Source of the DNA: Paecilomyces variotii
Lineage: Eukaryota
Assembly: GCA_004022145.1 (NCBI GenBank)
Contig: RCNU01000001.1
DNA length: 64,000 bases
Strand: one strand, 5' to 3'
Shown here one piece after another: positions 63,151 through 64,000 of the stretch. How positions within the stretch are numbered: position 1 is the stretch's first letter; each line of letters starts with the position of its first letter. A program made the position numbers and the translations under genes. The notes beneath the pieces were generated by a model, which worked only from the letters and a program-made list of their open reading frames with translations, was not told the DNA's origin and did no database searches.

Positions 63151-64000
63151 ATGGGATCCTTTGTCGTCTCCGCTGTGACGACTTTGCTGTTTCTTTCTCA
63201 GGCTGTCGCTGGATCATACGCGCCGACACCGATCTCTTGTCCTTCTTCGTCTCTGGTCCGGCCTGCCGATAGTCTGAACAGCAACGAGGCATCCTACGTC
63301 TCTCAGCGAAAGCAGAAAGCTGACAAAGCGTTGAGTTCCTGGTTGTCAAAGACCAATCCTGGATTTGTGGTCAATGGCACCTTGCCAACGGTGAGTCTCG
63401 ATCTGCATCTTCAAGAATATCATTCGCTGCTGACTAGAATTCTAGCTGGGATTGGCCGTCAGTGGTGGCGGATATAGGTCCCTCCTGGTCGGTGCAGGTG
63501 TAATTCAGGGATTTGATGAGCGAGACAGCAATATTAGCACCAGTGGCCTATATCAAGCTCTGACATATCAGTCAGGCCTGTCCGGTGGTGCTTGGCTATT
63601 GTCCTCTATTATTGGAAACAATTATCCAACCATCACCTCATTAAAGCAGGGTCTATGGGAACAAGCTTTCCAGGACAGCCTTCTGGTTCCCGAAAACTTG
63701 CTAGTTGCAGTTGCTTATGCAGATATCGCTTCCGATATCGAGGCGAAGGCAGCCGCAGGCTTCCCCCCGACCTTAACTGATCCGTGGGGTCGGTTGCTTT
63801 CTTATCAGCTTTTTTACGGCACTGATGGAGGCGTCGACATCACTCTGTCGTCCGTTTCAGGCCTGTCTAATTTCACTGACTTCGAGGCGCCCTTCCCCAT
63901 AATTCTCGCGCTTGGCGTGAAGACCTGGGAAGGCGACTGCACCCCTGGACCGAATGCCACAATCTATGAATTCACTCCCTATGAGTTTGGATCATGGGAT
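63151..64000 (+). CDS. Secreted lysophospholipase / phospholipase B, 5' part; runs off the window end
   Basis: Signal peptide, YAP..ISCP...LVR.A, SGGGYRS, catalytic GLSGGAW, LTDPWGRLLSYQ, YEFTPYEFGSWD; intron at about 63391-63444. Confidence 0.93.

Noticed and set aside
1..64000. CRISPR arrays, rRNA, intact transposons or a Starship captain gene
   Set aside because: Eukaryotic DNA with no regular repeat-spacer array, transposase, reverse transcriptase or tyrosine recombinase motif visible

Overview
Intron-rich genomic DNA from a filamentous ascomycete (Eurotiales-like, judged from gene content and GT..CTRAC..YAG introns). About 22 protein-coding genes are supported. Conserved genes: M13 metallopeptidase (partial), a Yap-like bZIP factor, Dbp5, Bzz1, a sterol desaturase-family gene, Pns1, Gel1, an SDR, a GPI-anchored Ser/Thr-rich protein, Pex4-type E2, Nth1/Ntg1 and a phospholipase B (partial). 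Three things stand out. (1) A compact putative uracil-catabolism cluster at 10.8-17.5 kb (Urg1/URC1-like, Urg3/URC4-like and two UPRTases of different lineage). Each promoter carries a dense GATA cluster, and a flavin-reductase-family gene lies next to it. (2) A five-exon gene at 37.3-39.2 kb that splices into one 555-aa protein, fusing a degenerate HNH-type nuclease to an intact APH-type kinase, convergent with an F-box-like gene. (3) An open cytochrome P450-fold gene that has lost its heme-ligating cysteine. No rRNA, tRNA, CRISPR array or intact transposon was recognised. All assignments come from manual motif reading; no searches were run.
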